DNA of 63,315 nucleotides, the filler included, from Chiloscyllium plagiosum (Eukaryota), in NCBI RefSeq assembly GCF_004010195.1. It is 4 parts of one record of this genome, joined end to end, with 100 filler letters (N's around TTAATTAATTAA, not from the genome) between each part and the next. Parts side by side here need not be neighbours in the genome. Positions count along the whole stretch, not along the records: positions 22,380 to 37,705 come from NC_057712.1; positions 37,806 to 63,315 come from NC_057712.1; 2 more parts are not named here. The stretch is one strand, 5' to 3'. A model generated the notes under the pieces. The model was not told the origin of the DNA and made no database searches. It worked only from the letters and a program-made list of their open reading frames with translations. Below, one piece after another: positions 36,530-48,815 of this stretch. Position numbers and translations under genes: made by a program. Numbering within the stretch: the first letter of the stretch is position 1; each line of letters begins with the position of its first letter.

Positions 36530-37705
36530 TGGGTAGGACCTTGGGTAGTGTTGTAGGGGCTCTGGTACATAATTCTCTGAAATTTGCGTCACATGTAGAT
36601 AGGATGGTTATGAAGGTGTTTAGCATGTTTGCCTTCATTGCTCAGAAGTTTGAGCTTAGGAATTGGGACATCATGTTGAGGTTGTACAAGATGTTGGTGA
36701 GGCCTCTTCTGGAATACTGTGTACAGTTCTGGTCACCGTGTTATAGGAAGGATATTATTACATTGGAGAGGGCTCACAGGTGGTTTACTTGAGATAGTAG
36801 GTTGCAGGGTGACCTTATAGTGGTTTATAATATCATGAGGGGCATAGAAAAGGTGAATGATAAGTGTCTTCTCCCTAGGATGGGGGAGTTTAAAACTTGG
36901 GGCATATTTTTAAGGTGAGAGGAGAAAGCTTTTAAAAGGACATAAGGACCAGCTTTTTTGCACAGGGAATGTTTGGTGTGTGGAATGATCTGCCAGAGGA
37001 AGTGGTGGATGTGCATACAATACAACGTTAAACAGATATTTGGATAAGTACATGAATAAGAAAGGTTTAGAGGAATATGGGCCAAACACAGGCAAATGGG
37101 TCGAGTTTGGTTTGGGAGCATGGGTTGTCATGGATGGGTTGGACTGAAGTCTCTGAAGGGTGGTAAAGACAAGCCAGGGAACTATAGACCGGTGAGTCTG
37201 ACCTCGGTGGTGGGCAAGTTGTTGGAGGGTCTCCTGAGGGACAGGATGTACATGTATTTGGAAAGGCAAAGACTGATTCGGGATAGTCAAAGTGGCTTTG
37301 TGCGTGGGAAATCATATCTCACAAACTTGATTGAGTTTTTTGAAGAAGTAACAAAGAAGATTGATTAGGGCAGAGCAGTAGATGTGATCTATATGGACCT
37401 CAGTAAGGCATTCGACAAGGTTCCCGATGGGAGACTGATTAGCAAGGTTAGATCTCATAGAATACAGGGAGAACTAGCCATTTGGATACACTGATTCGGG
37501 ATAGTCAAAGTGGCTTTGTGCGTGGGAAATCATATCTCACAAACTTGATTGAGTTTTTTGAAGAAGTAACAAAGAAGATTGATTAGGGCAGAGCAGTAGA
37601 TGTGATCTATATGGACCTCAGTAAGGCATTCGACAAGGTTCCCGATGGGAGACTGATTAGCAAGGTTAGATCTCATAGAATACAGGGAGAACTAGCCATT
37701 TGGAT
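36530..37705 (+). mobile_element. Two CR1 fragments (3' end 36530-37150; RT 37150-37705)
   Basis: LVRPLLEYCVQFWSPCYRKD and KPGNYRPVSLTSVVGKLLE. Confidence 0.85.
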
Positions 37706-38259
37706 NNNNNNNNNNNNNNNNNNNNNNNNNNNNNNNNNNNNNNNNNNNNTTAATTAATTAANNNNNNNNNNNNNNNNNNNNNNNNNNNNNNNNNNNNNNN
37801 NNNNNCACAGACACACACACTAAGACATACACAGTGTCTCACACACGCAAGTGCACACAGACACACACATCCACATGCCTAAATACAAGCAGGAAAAGAA
37901 GCTGCAAAATATCAGCTTGAAAGAGCTTTGTCCAAGCAATAGTTAAACTCAAGGCAAAAGTAAAATAATTAAATGTTATTCTGCCTCTGAGGTTGTTCTG
38001 CTCACACAAGCAGGATTTATTCCTGGAATAGTCGGATTTGGCTGAATTACCTTTGATTTTAGGCAGTAGGGAGATGCTAATGATTCCTTAACAGTAATCC
38101 TACATGAATGATAAAGATGACTGAACGGTTTTCACCTCTTATACATTGCTGCGAGAAGGAACAAGGAAAGAGAGGGAGCAATAAGCAGTGGCTTCTCCAG
38201 CATGTTGCATTTTCTCCATCTCTGAGCAGAAATATACTATAACGTTATCTGAAAACCAA

Positions 38260-38510
38260 ACTGTGTGTCGCTCTGTGTATGTGTCTGAGCATGTCTGTGT
38301 ATGTCGGTGTGTCTATGTCTCTTTGTGGGTCTATGCGTGTCTGTGTGCATGTGTTGTCTGTGTGTGTGTGTCTGTTGGTATGAATGTGTCTGTGAGTCTC
38401 TGTGTGCGTGTCTTTGTGTGTGTGTATTTGTGTATGTACATCTGTGTGCATGTGTGTGTCCCTGTGTGTGTGTGTCTGGGTGTGTGTGGCTGTGTACGTG
38501 TCTGTGTATG
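38260..38510. repeat. Degenerate (TG)n microsatellite
   Basis: Read directly; a CA-rich tract also at 37806-37875. Confidence 0.85.
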
Positions 38511-38571
38511 TTTGCCTAATAGCAGGAGACAGCATTATCGAGGAGGGGTGTTTTTCAGACTGGAGGCCTGT

Positions 38572-39174
38572 TGTTATGGACTAGGCCAGAGCACTCAAAA
38601 TTTTCTTAACCAGGCTGTGCAGACCGTAACTTTGTAATTTGTTTCAGTAAGTGCACAGTGAAAATTATCAGGTTTTAAAACAGACAAAAAAAATCACAAA
38701 ACTACACAATGAAACACAAAGATCAGAATAAAGAACACCTACAGAACTCAATCTATTCAAACTAGACTTAATTAGTTGTTCTGGAAGCACACAATCATCC
38801 CAATAAGCAAACCTCCCTTAAGAACAGTGCCAATGGAACAAATGCTTATAGGTTGAAGCTAGAAGGGCAGAAGGAGAGAGAGAGAGAGAGAGCGCGAGAG
38901 AGCGAGAGAGCAAGGGAGGGAGAGAGAAAGAGAGAGAGAGAGAGAGCCTATCCACACAGCTGAACTACAAACTGGTTCTGGACTGAACTGCTCACATAGA
39001 GAGCTGACCACTCCCTTTTCATTATACCTTTAATCACAAAACCGTTTAATCTCTATACCAAGCCAATCACCTTGGAGCCGGGAACTATTTACGACCCTTC
39101 TGAAAAAAAAAATCAAGGACACAGTATCTTTGAGAAAAGGAAGCTTTTAGAGAAAAGGCACCAGCTTTGTGACA
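38572..39174. mobile_element. Solo LTR (603 bp) inserted in a CR1 RT fragment
   Basis: TGTTA...GTGACA ends; 4-bp TSD CTGT at 38568-38571 and 39175-39178; flanks rejoin into CR1 RT sequence; internal (GA)n. Confidence 0.75.
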
Positions 39175-39345
39175 CTGTGCACAGTGGTGTTCCACAGGGA
39201 CTTGTGCTCAATCCATTTTTGTTTGCCATTTAGACAAATGATTCAGATGACAATTATAGAAGGCATCGTTATTAAGATTGTGGATGAAACCAAGTTTGGC
39301 TATATAGTGGGCAATGAAGATTAAACAGGGACCTAGATCAAATGG

Positions 39346-40246
39346 CTCTCTCTCTGCCCTCTTACCCCTGCCTCGCCTGCTCTCTCTCTGCCCTCTTACC
39401 CCTGCCTCGCCTGCTCTCTCTCTGCCCTCTTACCCCTGCCTCGCCTGCTCTCTCTCTGCCCTCTTACCCCTGCCTCGCCTGCTCTCTCTCTGCCCTCTTA
39501 CCCCTGCCTCGCCTGCTCTCTCTCTGCCCTCTTACCCCTGCCTCGCCTGCTCTCTCTCTGCCCTCTTACCCCTGCCTCGCCTGCTCTCTCTCTGCCCTCT
39601 TACCCCTGCCTCGCCTGCTCTCTCTCTGCCCTCTTACCCCTGCCTCGCCTGCTCTCTCTCTGCCCTCTTACCCCTGCCTCGCCTGCTCTCTCTCTGCCCT
39701 CTTACCCCTGCCTCGCCTGCTCTCTCTCTGCCCTCTTACCCCTGCCTCGCCTGCTCTCTCTCTGCCCTCTTACCCCTGCCTCGCCTGCTCTCTCTCTGCC
39801 CTCTTACCCCTGCCTCGCCTGCTCTCTCTCTGCCCTCTTACCCCTGCCTCGCCTGCTCTCTCTCTGCCCTCTTACCCCTGCCTCGCCTGCTCTCTCTCTG
39901 CCCTCTTACCCCTGCCTCGCCTGCTCTCTCTCTGCCCTCTTACCCCTGCCTCGCCTGCTCTCTCTCTGCCCTCTTACCCCTGCCTCGCCTGCTCTCTCTC
40001 TGCCCTCTTACCCCTGCCTCGCCTGCTCTCTCTCTGCCCTCTTACCCCTGCCTCGCCTGCTCTCTCTCTGCCCTCTTACCCCTGCCTCGCCTGCTCTCTC
40101 TCTGCCCTCTTACCCCTGCCTCGCCTGCTCTCTCTCTGCCCTCTTACCCCTGCCTCGCCTGCTCTCTCTCTGCCCTCTTACCCCTGCCTCGCCTGCTCTC
40201 TCTCTGCCCTCTTACCCCTGCCTTGCTGCTCTCTCTCTGCCCTCTT
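39346..40246. repeat. 34-bp minisatellite CTCTCTCTCTGCCCTCTTACCCCTGCCTCGCCTG
   Basis: 25 apparently identical units (39346-40195) plus about 1.5 degenerate units. Confidence 0.95.
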
Positions 40247-40906
40247 TCCTCCCATCTTTCCTCCTCCATCTCCCCAGTTGTTCTCAGCTCCTCTCTCTCC
40301 CCCACTTCCTCTCTACCTGAGACCCCTCAATCTTTTACTGCTATCTCTGTTATTACTGAACTGATACTTTGCTAAGGTTCATGTTCATTTTGTTTATCAT
40401 AAAGTCTGGAGGGTCAGCATGCTGAGCAGATAAGGTGGCTGTCAGATTTAAGCCTCAAAACTGAGCCTAACTGCCTGTGTCTCACTGTCCGGATGCAGTT
40501 AAAGTGACCTGGGAGTACTTCCATGTCACCACAAATCAAAGCCTGTGTTGTGATTTTCCAGTCCCTTGTGTTACAGTGACTTTGTGTTTTTGCTCTAGAA
40601 TGTGTACATGATTTCCTGTCAGAAACGGTTTTAAATCCTTTTGTCTTCGGCTACTCTTATAGGAGTGCAATGCTTCTATTAAATTAACTTTATGCTCCTC
40701 TTATGAGATCCTTGCCCTTCACCTCCGCCTTCATCAGATAATCTTCCCTCACTTCTGATAACTAGTCATTCCTCAAACAAACATTTTCTCTCTGTTCCCA
40801 CGGCCAGGGGGACCGTTACACCCTGGCATCTGAGCACCTTTTCCCATCATGCTCGGCTAGGCAATGGGAAGCAATGTGAAGGGAATTGTGGCCTCTTTGT
40901 CATTGC

Positions 40907-41122
40907 TGAAAAATGTGTTGCTGGAAAAGCGCAGCAGGTCAGGCAGCATCCAAGGAGCAGCAGAATCGACGTTTTGGGCATAAACCCTTCTTCAGGAAAA
41001 AGGGCTTATGCCCGAAACGTCGATTCTCCTGCTCCTTTGATGCTGCATGACCTGCTGCGCTTTTCCAGCAACACATTTCCAGCTCTGATCTCCAGCATCT
41101 GCAGACCTCACTTTCTCCTGGT
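40907..41122. mobile_element. PLE family-A miniature hairpin insertion
   Basis: About 85-bp inverted arms meeting in the hammerhead core at 40990-41000; 14-bp TSD CTCTTTG/TTCATTGC at 40893-40906 and 41123-41136 with 1 mismatch. Confidence 0.85.
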
Positions 41123-42017
41123 CTCTTTTTCATTGCCTCACTCAAAACATACACTTTGTCCATTCAGCTTTGTCCACATCGTTGTGTGGGACCTGGACAC
41201 ATTCATCTGTGTTAAAACCCCAATAACATATAATAGACCAGATTGGAAGAATCGCCGTTCATGGATTGATCCCCTTCACAATGTGAGGTCCAAAACTGGA
41301 TTAGTGTGCTGACAACTTGCAGCTTGTCTGTAACTATGATCACCTTCCCATTCCCTCCCCATTCCCACTCTGTGATCACTCTCTGAGTTAACAGAAGCTT
41401 CAGGGTCAATTTTAGCTGCAGGTGGATAATCACTGTACCCACTGACTGTATGATGTTTTAAGACTCCGGTTTTTAGGAGGCTGGACTTTATTTACCTGCT
41501 GTCAGTGGGAGGACCTGCTGCAGGTTGCTGGTTGCAGGAAGTGGAACATAAGCTGGTTTGTGTGCTGACTCACCTTGGCAGAGAGAGGGCCTCTGTACAG
41601 GTGCTGGCAGAGGATTGATGCTGTCATGAGGATGGTTCCAAATGGACAAGCAGCTCACTGCAGATTTCACATTGAACTAGGAAGGCCAACAGGGGCCTTC
41701 AAAAGGAAATGAAAGATTTCCTCAGGCTGTTTTTTGAGTAGTCTTCACTGATCCCTTTAAGGATCATTGGTTAGGCTTCTAGATACCTGGTACAAATGGA
41801 GAAAATTAAAGTTGGCATTAGTATCTCATCCTTTGCCTGTATTCCCCACAGACAGAAAACAAAAATAATTAGCAAAATCTGTAAACAACTGTAATGGTAT
41901 GAACTGGAGATCCAGCTTAAGGTGTACACGTACTGAATCTGGTCTGTGCATTGGCTTTAGAAACGAGAGACTTGAATCAGCATTCTGTATTTTCCCTGCT
42001 GCAGGGAAGATGTGAAT

Positions 42018-42140
42018 AAAACAAAGAACTATGGATGCTGGAAATCTGAAACAAAAACCACAATTTCTTGAGAAACTCAGCAGGTCTGGCAGCATCAGTG
42101 GGGAGAAAACATTTCGAGTCTGGTGGCTGTTCATCAGAGC
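42018..42140 (-). mobile_element. PLE-like family-D terminus with decayed hammerhead at 42108-42137
   Basis: Reverse complement CTGATGA-ACAGCCACCAGACTC-GAAA-TG-TT; terminus resembles family A; TGTGAAT on both flanks. Confidence 0.65.
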
Positions 42141-43368
42141 TGTGAATGTGGTTTGGATTCTGTCCATGTTTGAGGAAGGGGAGGCTAATTGATATTTGGG
42201 ATAGAGACCTTCATAGTACCTGACTCTCATGGGAACACTGCACTCGTGTGCGTTGTCTTGTTTTCCTTCATTTTGAAACTTGCAAATCTGTTCTTGTTTG
42301 TCCGATATTTTCATTTTTTCATTTTCCAAAATGATCTGGCTCCATTGTTTTCTTGTCTTTTCTTTGTGTGAGTGTCTCATCGCTGCTTTCCATTATCTGG
42401 CTCCGTGGATCTGCTGCATCGTTTACCAATTATTCCACCATCTTTGTTTCTCTTTCCTCTTTCTGTATGGTTCGAACTAAATGTTCCTTAATCTTTTCAT
42501 TTTCCAGTTTTGAAAGTCTCATATCTTTCGTAGCAACAGAAAATGGGTGAATTGATGTATGATGACTGATTTGCATTTCTATTTGTTATGGCTTTTATTT
42601 TGCATAAATATCATTTATCAGGTTTGATTACGTTTCCTTATCCTGACTCGAGTCTTTAATACCTCTGACAGTTCAGTACTTCTGCAATTTAAAGCAGCAC
42701 TTTTCCACAAAGGAATGCAAGGGATAAAGAAAGAAATTGGATTGATATCTTCAGTGGAATCTTCCACCTGGAATCTTCTTCCATGTAACAGTCAGGAACA
42801 TTGTGTATATTATCAAAATCATTATGTATTATGCTGCATCTGGAAGTTCTTTATTTTGAAGTTTGAAGTAAAGGATTTAGAACCACAAACATTAGAGGTA
42901 CTAGCTGGTTGCCACTAGTAATAGGTAATATATTTAATATTATGTTAAAAAAAAGCTCCTTTTTAACTGTTTGTACTTAGCTGGAAGTTCTTGGTAAAAG
43001 GTAAAGACCAACATGATGCTTCTGACTTGTGAGCAGCAGCTCCATCACCTTAACCTTGGTTATTTCCTGCCTAAATTAACATAATTTCCTGTGGGATGTT
43101 GCCAGGTGAACATTGTAGGACTTGGACTGTGACCAGAGTTGAGCAAATATCTAACCACTTTCCAATGTCCTGTGCATTGAAATTCTGTCATAAGGGGTCA
43201 GGAAGAATGGACAGCTCATCTTTTCCCTCCATTTGCCTGCTAATCACTATCCCTCCATGATAAACAAATCTTCAGCTTCCCCTGTCCATCTATATTCCTC
43301 CTCTTGTCCCAGTCATCCACATAAATATAGCCACAGCTTCTCAAACACTCTGGTGAATCATATATCTT

Positions 43369-43677
43369 TAGAATCACTACAGTGTGGGAGCAGGCCATTC
43401 AGCCCATTGAGTTCACACTAACCCTCTGAAGAGAATCCCATCTAGACCTACTTCCTTATTCTGTCCCTGTAAACCTGATAATCCACCTAACCCATCTAGC
43501 CTGAACACTATGGGTAAGTTAGCATGACCAATCCACTAACCTGCACATCTTTGGACTCTGGGAGGAAACCGGAGCATCCAGAGGAAACCTGCACAGACAG
43601 TTGTCAGAGGCTGGAATTGAACCTGGGTCCATGGTGCTGTGATGCAGCAGTACTAGCCGCTGAGCCACCGTGCTGCC
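43369..43677 (-). mobile_element. HE1-type tRNA-derived V-SINE
   Basis: Reverse complement starts GGCAGCACGGTGGCTCAGCGG (A box) ... GGTTCAATTCC (B box); V-domain-like core; CR1-like tail. Confidence 0.85.
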
Positions 43678-44119
43678 GTTCAAATGCATTTCATCGTGAC
43701 ACTGGCATTGTTCAGTTCACAGTTCATGTACCTTGCAAACCTTTGTCTATGCTATGAATAAATTATCACCATATGCTTGAAATGTTTGTGTTAGATACCT
43801 CTCATGCACCACTAGAGGAGTCTCAGTGTTACTGGTGCATTGCCTGTGATTCAAACGTGCTGTCAAAACTGCAGGAGATAAGTAGAAGATCATCTTTGGT
43901 GGTTACCATCATACCTACCATCCCCACACAAATTTGTTGGTTGTCAGCTTTATTGCTTTAGAATGTTTTAGATGCACATTGATATAACTTTATAAAAGGA
44001 AAATGAGCACTAAGGACAGAGTAATTGGATAGAGTTAGCAAAGGTACAGTACTTTGGGCTGGGAGACTCCAACATTCTACAGTTTCCAGTATTTGGAATC
44101 TGATTACGCTGTGATTATG

Positions 44120-44252
44120 GAGAAACAAATTACTGCAGGTGCTAAAATCTGGACTGAAAACAACAAATGCTGGAGATCACAGCGGGTCAGGCAGCATCCA
44201 TAGAGAGAAAGCAAGCTGATATTTCGTATCTAGGTGATTCTCCATCGGAGCT
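44120..44252 (-). mobile_element. PLE-like family-D terminus
   Basis: aaatgctggagatcacagcgggtcaggcagcatcc; decayed core CCGATGG...CGAAATATC on the minus strand. Confidence 0.6.
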
Positions 44253-44268
44253 GTAATTTTACCATCCC

Positions 44269-44985
44269 GCATGTTGGTGGTGAGAGATTCAGCCATGATA
44301 ATTTCATGGAACGTCAAGATGAAATGGTTAGATTCTCTTTGATGGAGATGGTTATTACCTTCCAGTGGTTTACCATGAACGTTGTTTGCCATTTATCACC
44401 CTCAGCCTATAGATTATCCAGATCTTCTTGTATATGGACGTATTTACTCCAGTAGCTCAGGGATTACAGGACAAACAACAAATCAGTTAGTGCATGTAAA
44501 AGTGATGTTTTGAAATCATACTTACATATCTGGTTTTATGTAATGCTTAAATTCGATATTCTTTGTGGGAGAACAGCAAAATTTGAGTTGCCGGCTCATT
44601 TTCCTTCATCTCTTTGCTCCTCAGTTTATACTACAGAGGAACTCCTGTATAAAAAAAACTCTTTTTCTCAAATTTTGCTGTTCTCCTACAAAGAATATCG
44701 AATTTAAGCATTACGTAAAACCAGATATGTAAGTATGATTTCAAAACATCACTTTTACATGCACTAACTGATTTGTTGTTTGTCCTGTAATCCCTGAGCT
44801 ACTGGAGTAAATATGTCCATATACAAGAAGATCTGGATAATCTATAGGCTGAGGGTGATAAATGGCAAACAACTTTCATGGTAAACCACTGGAAGGTAAT
44901 GACCATCTCCATCAAAGAGAATCTAACCATTTCATCTTGACGTTCCATGAAATTAACATGGCTGAATCTCTCACCACCAACATGC
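44269..44985. repeat. Long inverted repeat: 319-bp arms 44269-44587 and 44667-44985, 79-bp spacer
   Basis: Arms are reverse complements with about 6 mismatches by eye. Confidence 0.95.
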
Positions 44986-47359
44986 TTGGGTTAGCATTGA
45001 TCAGACACTTAATTGACCAGTCACATAAATGCTTTACTTACAATAGCAGTTATGAGGCGAAGAATTCTGAGATGAGTAACTGACCTTGAGGATCCCCAAA
45101 GTCTGTTACCGTTGGCGAGGCTTCACTGCCCCATCCAGCATTAAACATAACAGCTTTTCTTCAACTCAGTAGATTCTGTCTGTGAACCTTCAAAACATTT
45201 TTCTCTAGAATGTTAATGTATGAATCTATAAGATATGTGTTAATTTCTAGGTTCTACAAGATCAGATGCCATTTAACTACAATTTTGAAAGTCGTCTTTG
45301 GCATTGTAACATAATCTATGTTGTACCTGTTAGTGTTTACTTTCAATCAAAAATGAATGGGAAATTGAAATGGAATGTCCTCTCTTGGGACTCTCCGTTC
45401 TCCCCTAATTGGAAGGATTAGGAGTTACCATGAAGCGTGTCTGCATGACATATATTGCAAACTTCTTTAGTTCAATTTTGTTCCTCTCTTGACACAGTGG
45501 TGTTTGTTTATTCCCTATTACTGTTAAACTTAATAAAATATTTACAGTCATCTGCCACTGTATTTTCATGAAGAATGATGTACTGAGGTGTCAAAGCAAT
45601 GTTGAATAATTCAAGAATAATAAAACTGGTCCAGTTATTTTATGTTTGTGCCTTATACTACTTCACAAGTGACCACCACACCTTAATGATGCATTAGCAC
45701 TTAGCCTCCCACATGAATCGAGTTTGTCTGTAATTCAAGTTATTCGTAATTAAATCAAGAATACTTGCAAGGGTATCATATGAATAAAAATATACATTCG
45801 GAATAATGGTTGTTAGTGAATTAACTTATTTCAGGAAGCTGCCAATCACAGTGTATATTCTCTCAGCATTGACGTTATTCTGAATCATTACCCTCCAAAC
45901 AAAATTTGAATCATCCCTAATAATTCAAAATAAATGAGATAAATCTAGCTGAAGTATATGTGACTACCAGAAGTAAGTTATGAATAAATAGTTTTGAGAA
46001 ATTATGTTGATTAGAGTGCAAAACAAGTTTATCCATCAGATTCATGGTTGCTCTCTGGTATGTGCATAATTTAGTGAACTCGGGAAGGCAGTGCAGTGCA
46101 ATAAATTTATTTGGTGTGACTGGATTAGGGAGAGAAAGAGAAAACAGAGCTACTGCTTGTGATTGTTACTCATTGACCCCTGCTGAAAGTGCACCGTGAA
46201 GGACAAATGAGGGCTTGCATTGCCTTTGTGGTAGATTGGCCTGCTAATAGTCATTATTGTGAATTGGACAGGAATACCAACACATTAAAGGGTATCGGAC
46301 ACTATACCTGAACAGGGAATTAACAATTGGAGAAATCATAAATATAAATGTAATTCTCTTAATGGAAAGCCTTCTTCTGAAATTTTGTATCTTGATTGTG
46401 CCGCATGAAGGGGTGCTAACTGCAAGCAATTAGGTACTGGAGAAGTCTCTGGCTTCATTACCAACCCTTGTCATGAAATTTGGGAAATTATATTCCTATT
46501 AGGAGGCAGAGCACAACATTTATTCACATTCAAATTTCGTGTTATGTTTTAATCTATATGTTCTACAGCTTTATCCTGGAATATCCCAGTTAAGGATTGA
46601 CTGACAAAATGAGGAACATTCTTATGAAAGTTTCTTTTTTAAAGTATTATTTCTCAAATATCATGTCCAAAACATTTATGACTCTATGTGGGAGTAGTCC
46701 TCTCTGGTGGCTGGTGTGCTGGTATTGTTGAGTTCTTTTTCCTGAGGTCCTTACACACTTGATGCAACTGTAACATGCCAACGTCTGTGAACAACAACAA
46801 AAATTTATTAAGTGCAGTACAGTACAAGCTTTGGAGAAGCTCTGCACACTCCTCGCCATGCTTGCGAGGCGTGTCCAAGGGTCTGTCCCTGGAGGAACCT
46901 TTAATACACACCTCACAGGGCTCATGGCATGTGGCAAAAACTCTCCCTGGACAAAGGAAACAGTCTTTCCTTTATACAAAATCTTTACATCACAGTTAGT
47001 AATGCCCACAAGACAAACCCCAGCCATTCCCTCACAGTCACATGCCATTCAAGACACAATGCAGTGACCACATCATCTTCAGAAACAATGTAATGTAAAT
47101 CATCCCTTAATGGTTGAATCTGTTGCAAATCTTTTTTTTTAAACTACAGGGTGTAGTCAGAATTCCAACTGCAATGTTCTTATTGATTTCTGAATAGGGG
47201 ATGATGATGCAAATGGCTCTGAGTGGTAAAGGAATGGCCATATAAATGACTCTGAATAATAGGAGATTTCTTACAGTCTATCTGTACTTCAGAGGGATCC
47301 CACCCTAGCCTCGGTACATCCAATTTCCTGCAGGTCAGCAGAGCAAGTTAACTCTTTAA

Positions 47360-48065
47360 TATCAAACTCAGCCAACTGATGATGCTGTATTAACATTCCA
47401 TACTGAGGATCACTCTCAGCAGGAAAAGGACAAACGCTCTCACGCCTGTAAAGTGCTTTGTTCAACCATCAGCATCAGGAAGACAAATGTCATGGTCTAG
47501 GATGTTGCAATACCACCATCTTCATCATTGACAATATAATGCTGGAGGTTGTTGGCTGCTTCATATTTTGAGGATGCACAACTGCCAGCAGTGTGTCACT
47601 TGTTGCTCAAGTTAACTCATGCTTCACAAAAGCTGCAGCTGTCATGCCCAATTTGAGTAAGAACCACAGCACCCTGACTGAGAGAACATCACAGAGAGTG
47701 CTGAGTCAGTGTCCTCAGCTAACTGCTCTACACTGCTGAGATGGTGTATGTGTATAGTACATGCCTCGCAGGAGAAAAGATTGAACTCTTCTCCCTTCAC
47801 TTGCTCAAATGTATCCAAAGCATTTATTGGCAGAACACTCCTGGAGTGCCCCAGTCCTCCCAGTAGGTACAGGTTGCTGAGCCAATGAAGTCAAAACTGG
47901 TTTAGTCCCATTTATCAGATCCATCAGCTCTTAAAGCTAAAACCCTTCTGTATCAGTGGGTCACAAACTGAGAAGTGTCTGTACCTCCACATCAAGTGAG
48001 GCATGAAGAGGCAGATATTGACATGGACAATGAGGAGATGGGGGTTGAAGGCTGGGATCTCTGAA
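47360..48065 (+). mobile_element. Old RTE-clade LINE 3' half
   Basis: TDDAVLTFHTEDHSQQ...TISIRKTNVMV...QVNSCFTKAAAV...QEKRLNS. Confidence 0.7.
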
Positions 48066-48582
48066 AGCTCATTGTTTGGAAAGGCATTGGCAGAGATGAG
48101 CAAAAATGTAAAGTTCAGCTGACTGAGAACAGAGCCCAGAGAAAAAAAAACCTTTGAGTCCTGAACTTCTCAACCTTTTCTCTGTCGGAGTGACCCTCTT
48201 GTGCCACACCAAGCGAGTTGACCAATATTGTCTTACAAGAGCAAAGAGTGCCACCACATTGTTTGAGCAGCATCTTGGTTTGTTCAGATGTGATAGTCCT
48301 TGCGGATGTTTATTTAGCTGGGGTTGAATTGACATAATTATTAAATGGTAGGGCTTTAGGTAAAGTCTAACTCATTTTGACAGGATGAATATTTGAATAC
48401 AGAGTTTGAATTAAATTTGGAAAACTGATTACAGTACATTGTATAATACTGAAGCAGTTCAAGACTAACTAGAACACACATCAATGACTGCACGGTTTGT
48501 GGCTATGGAAATTAAAGTTTACCACCAGAACTATATATTCAGATCTTCCCCACTGCCACCTCACCCCCACAATCCTTGTGTT

Positions 48583-48815
48583 CTTCATAGGGTGTGAGTG
48601 TCACTGGATGGGCCAGCATTTATTCTCAGAGGGTAGCTAAGAATCAAGCACATTGCTGTGGGTCAGGAGTCTTTTACCAGACCGGGTAAGGACTGCAGTT
48701 TCCATCACAAAAGGATGTTAGTGAAGTGGATGGGTTTTTCCTGACAAGCGACAATGGTTTCATGGCCATCATTATACCTCAAAACCAGAATTAGTTCACT
48801 AAAATCAAATTCCCC
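48583..48815 (-). mobile_element. Deu-domain SINE (SacSINE1-like)
   Basis: cacattgctgtgggtcaggagtc...ccagaccgggtaaggactgcagtttcc...gttagtgaa...gatgggttttt. Confidence 0.65.

Noticed and set aside
37273..37705. Roughly 215-bp tandem duplication of CR1 RT sequence
   Set aside because: Apparently identical copies ending at a gap; most likely a contig-end artefact
38188..38637. Cys/Val-rich and Thr/His-rich ORFs (also 31040-32010)
   Set aside because: Translations of TG/CA microsatellites
39346..40246. CRISPR-like periodicity
   Set aside because: Head-to-tail identical units with no unique spacers, in eukaryotic DNA with no cas genes
39314..40375. 353-aa and 340-aa Leu/Pro/Ser/Cys-rich ORFs
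   Set aside because: Translation of a stop-free 34-bp minisatellite
43600..43677. tRNA-like A and B boxes
   Set aside because: Head of an HE1-type SINE, not a tRNA gene
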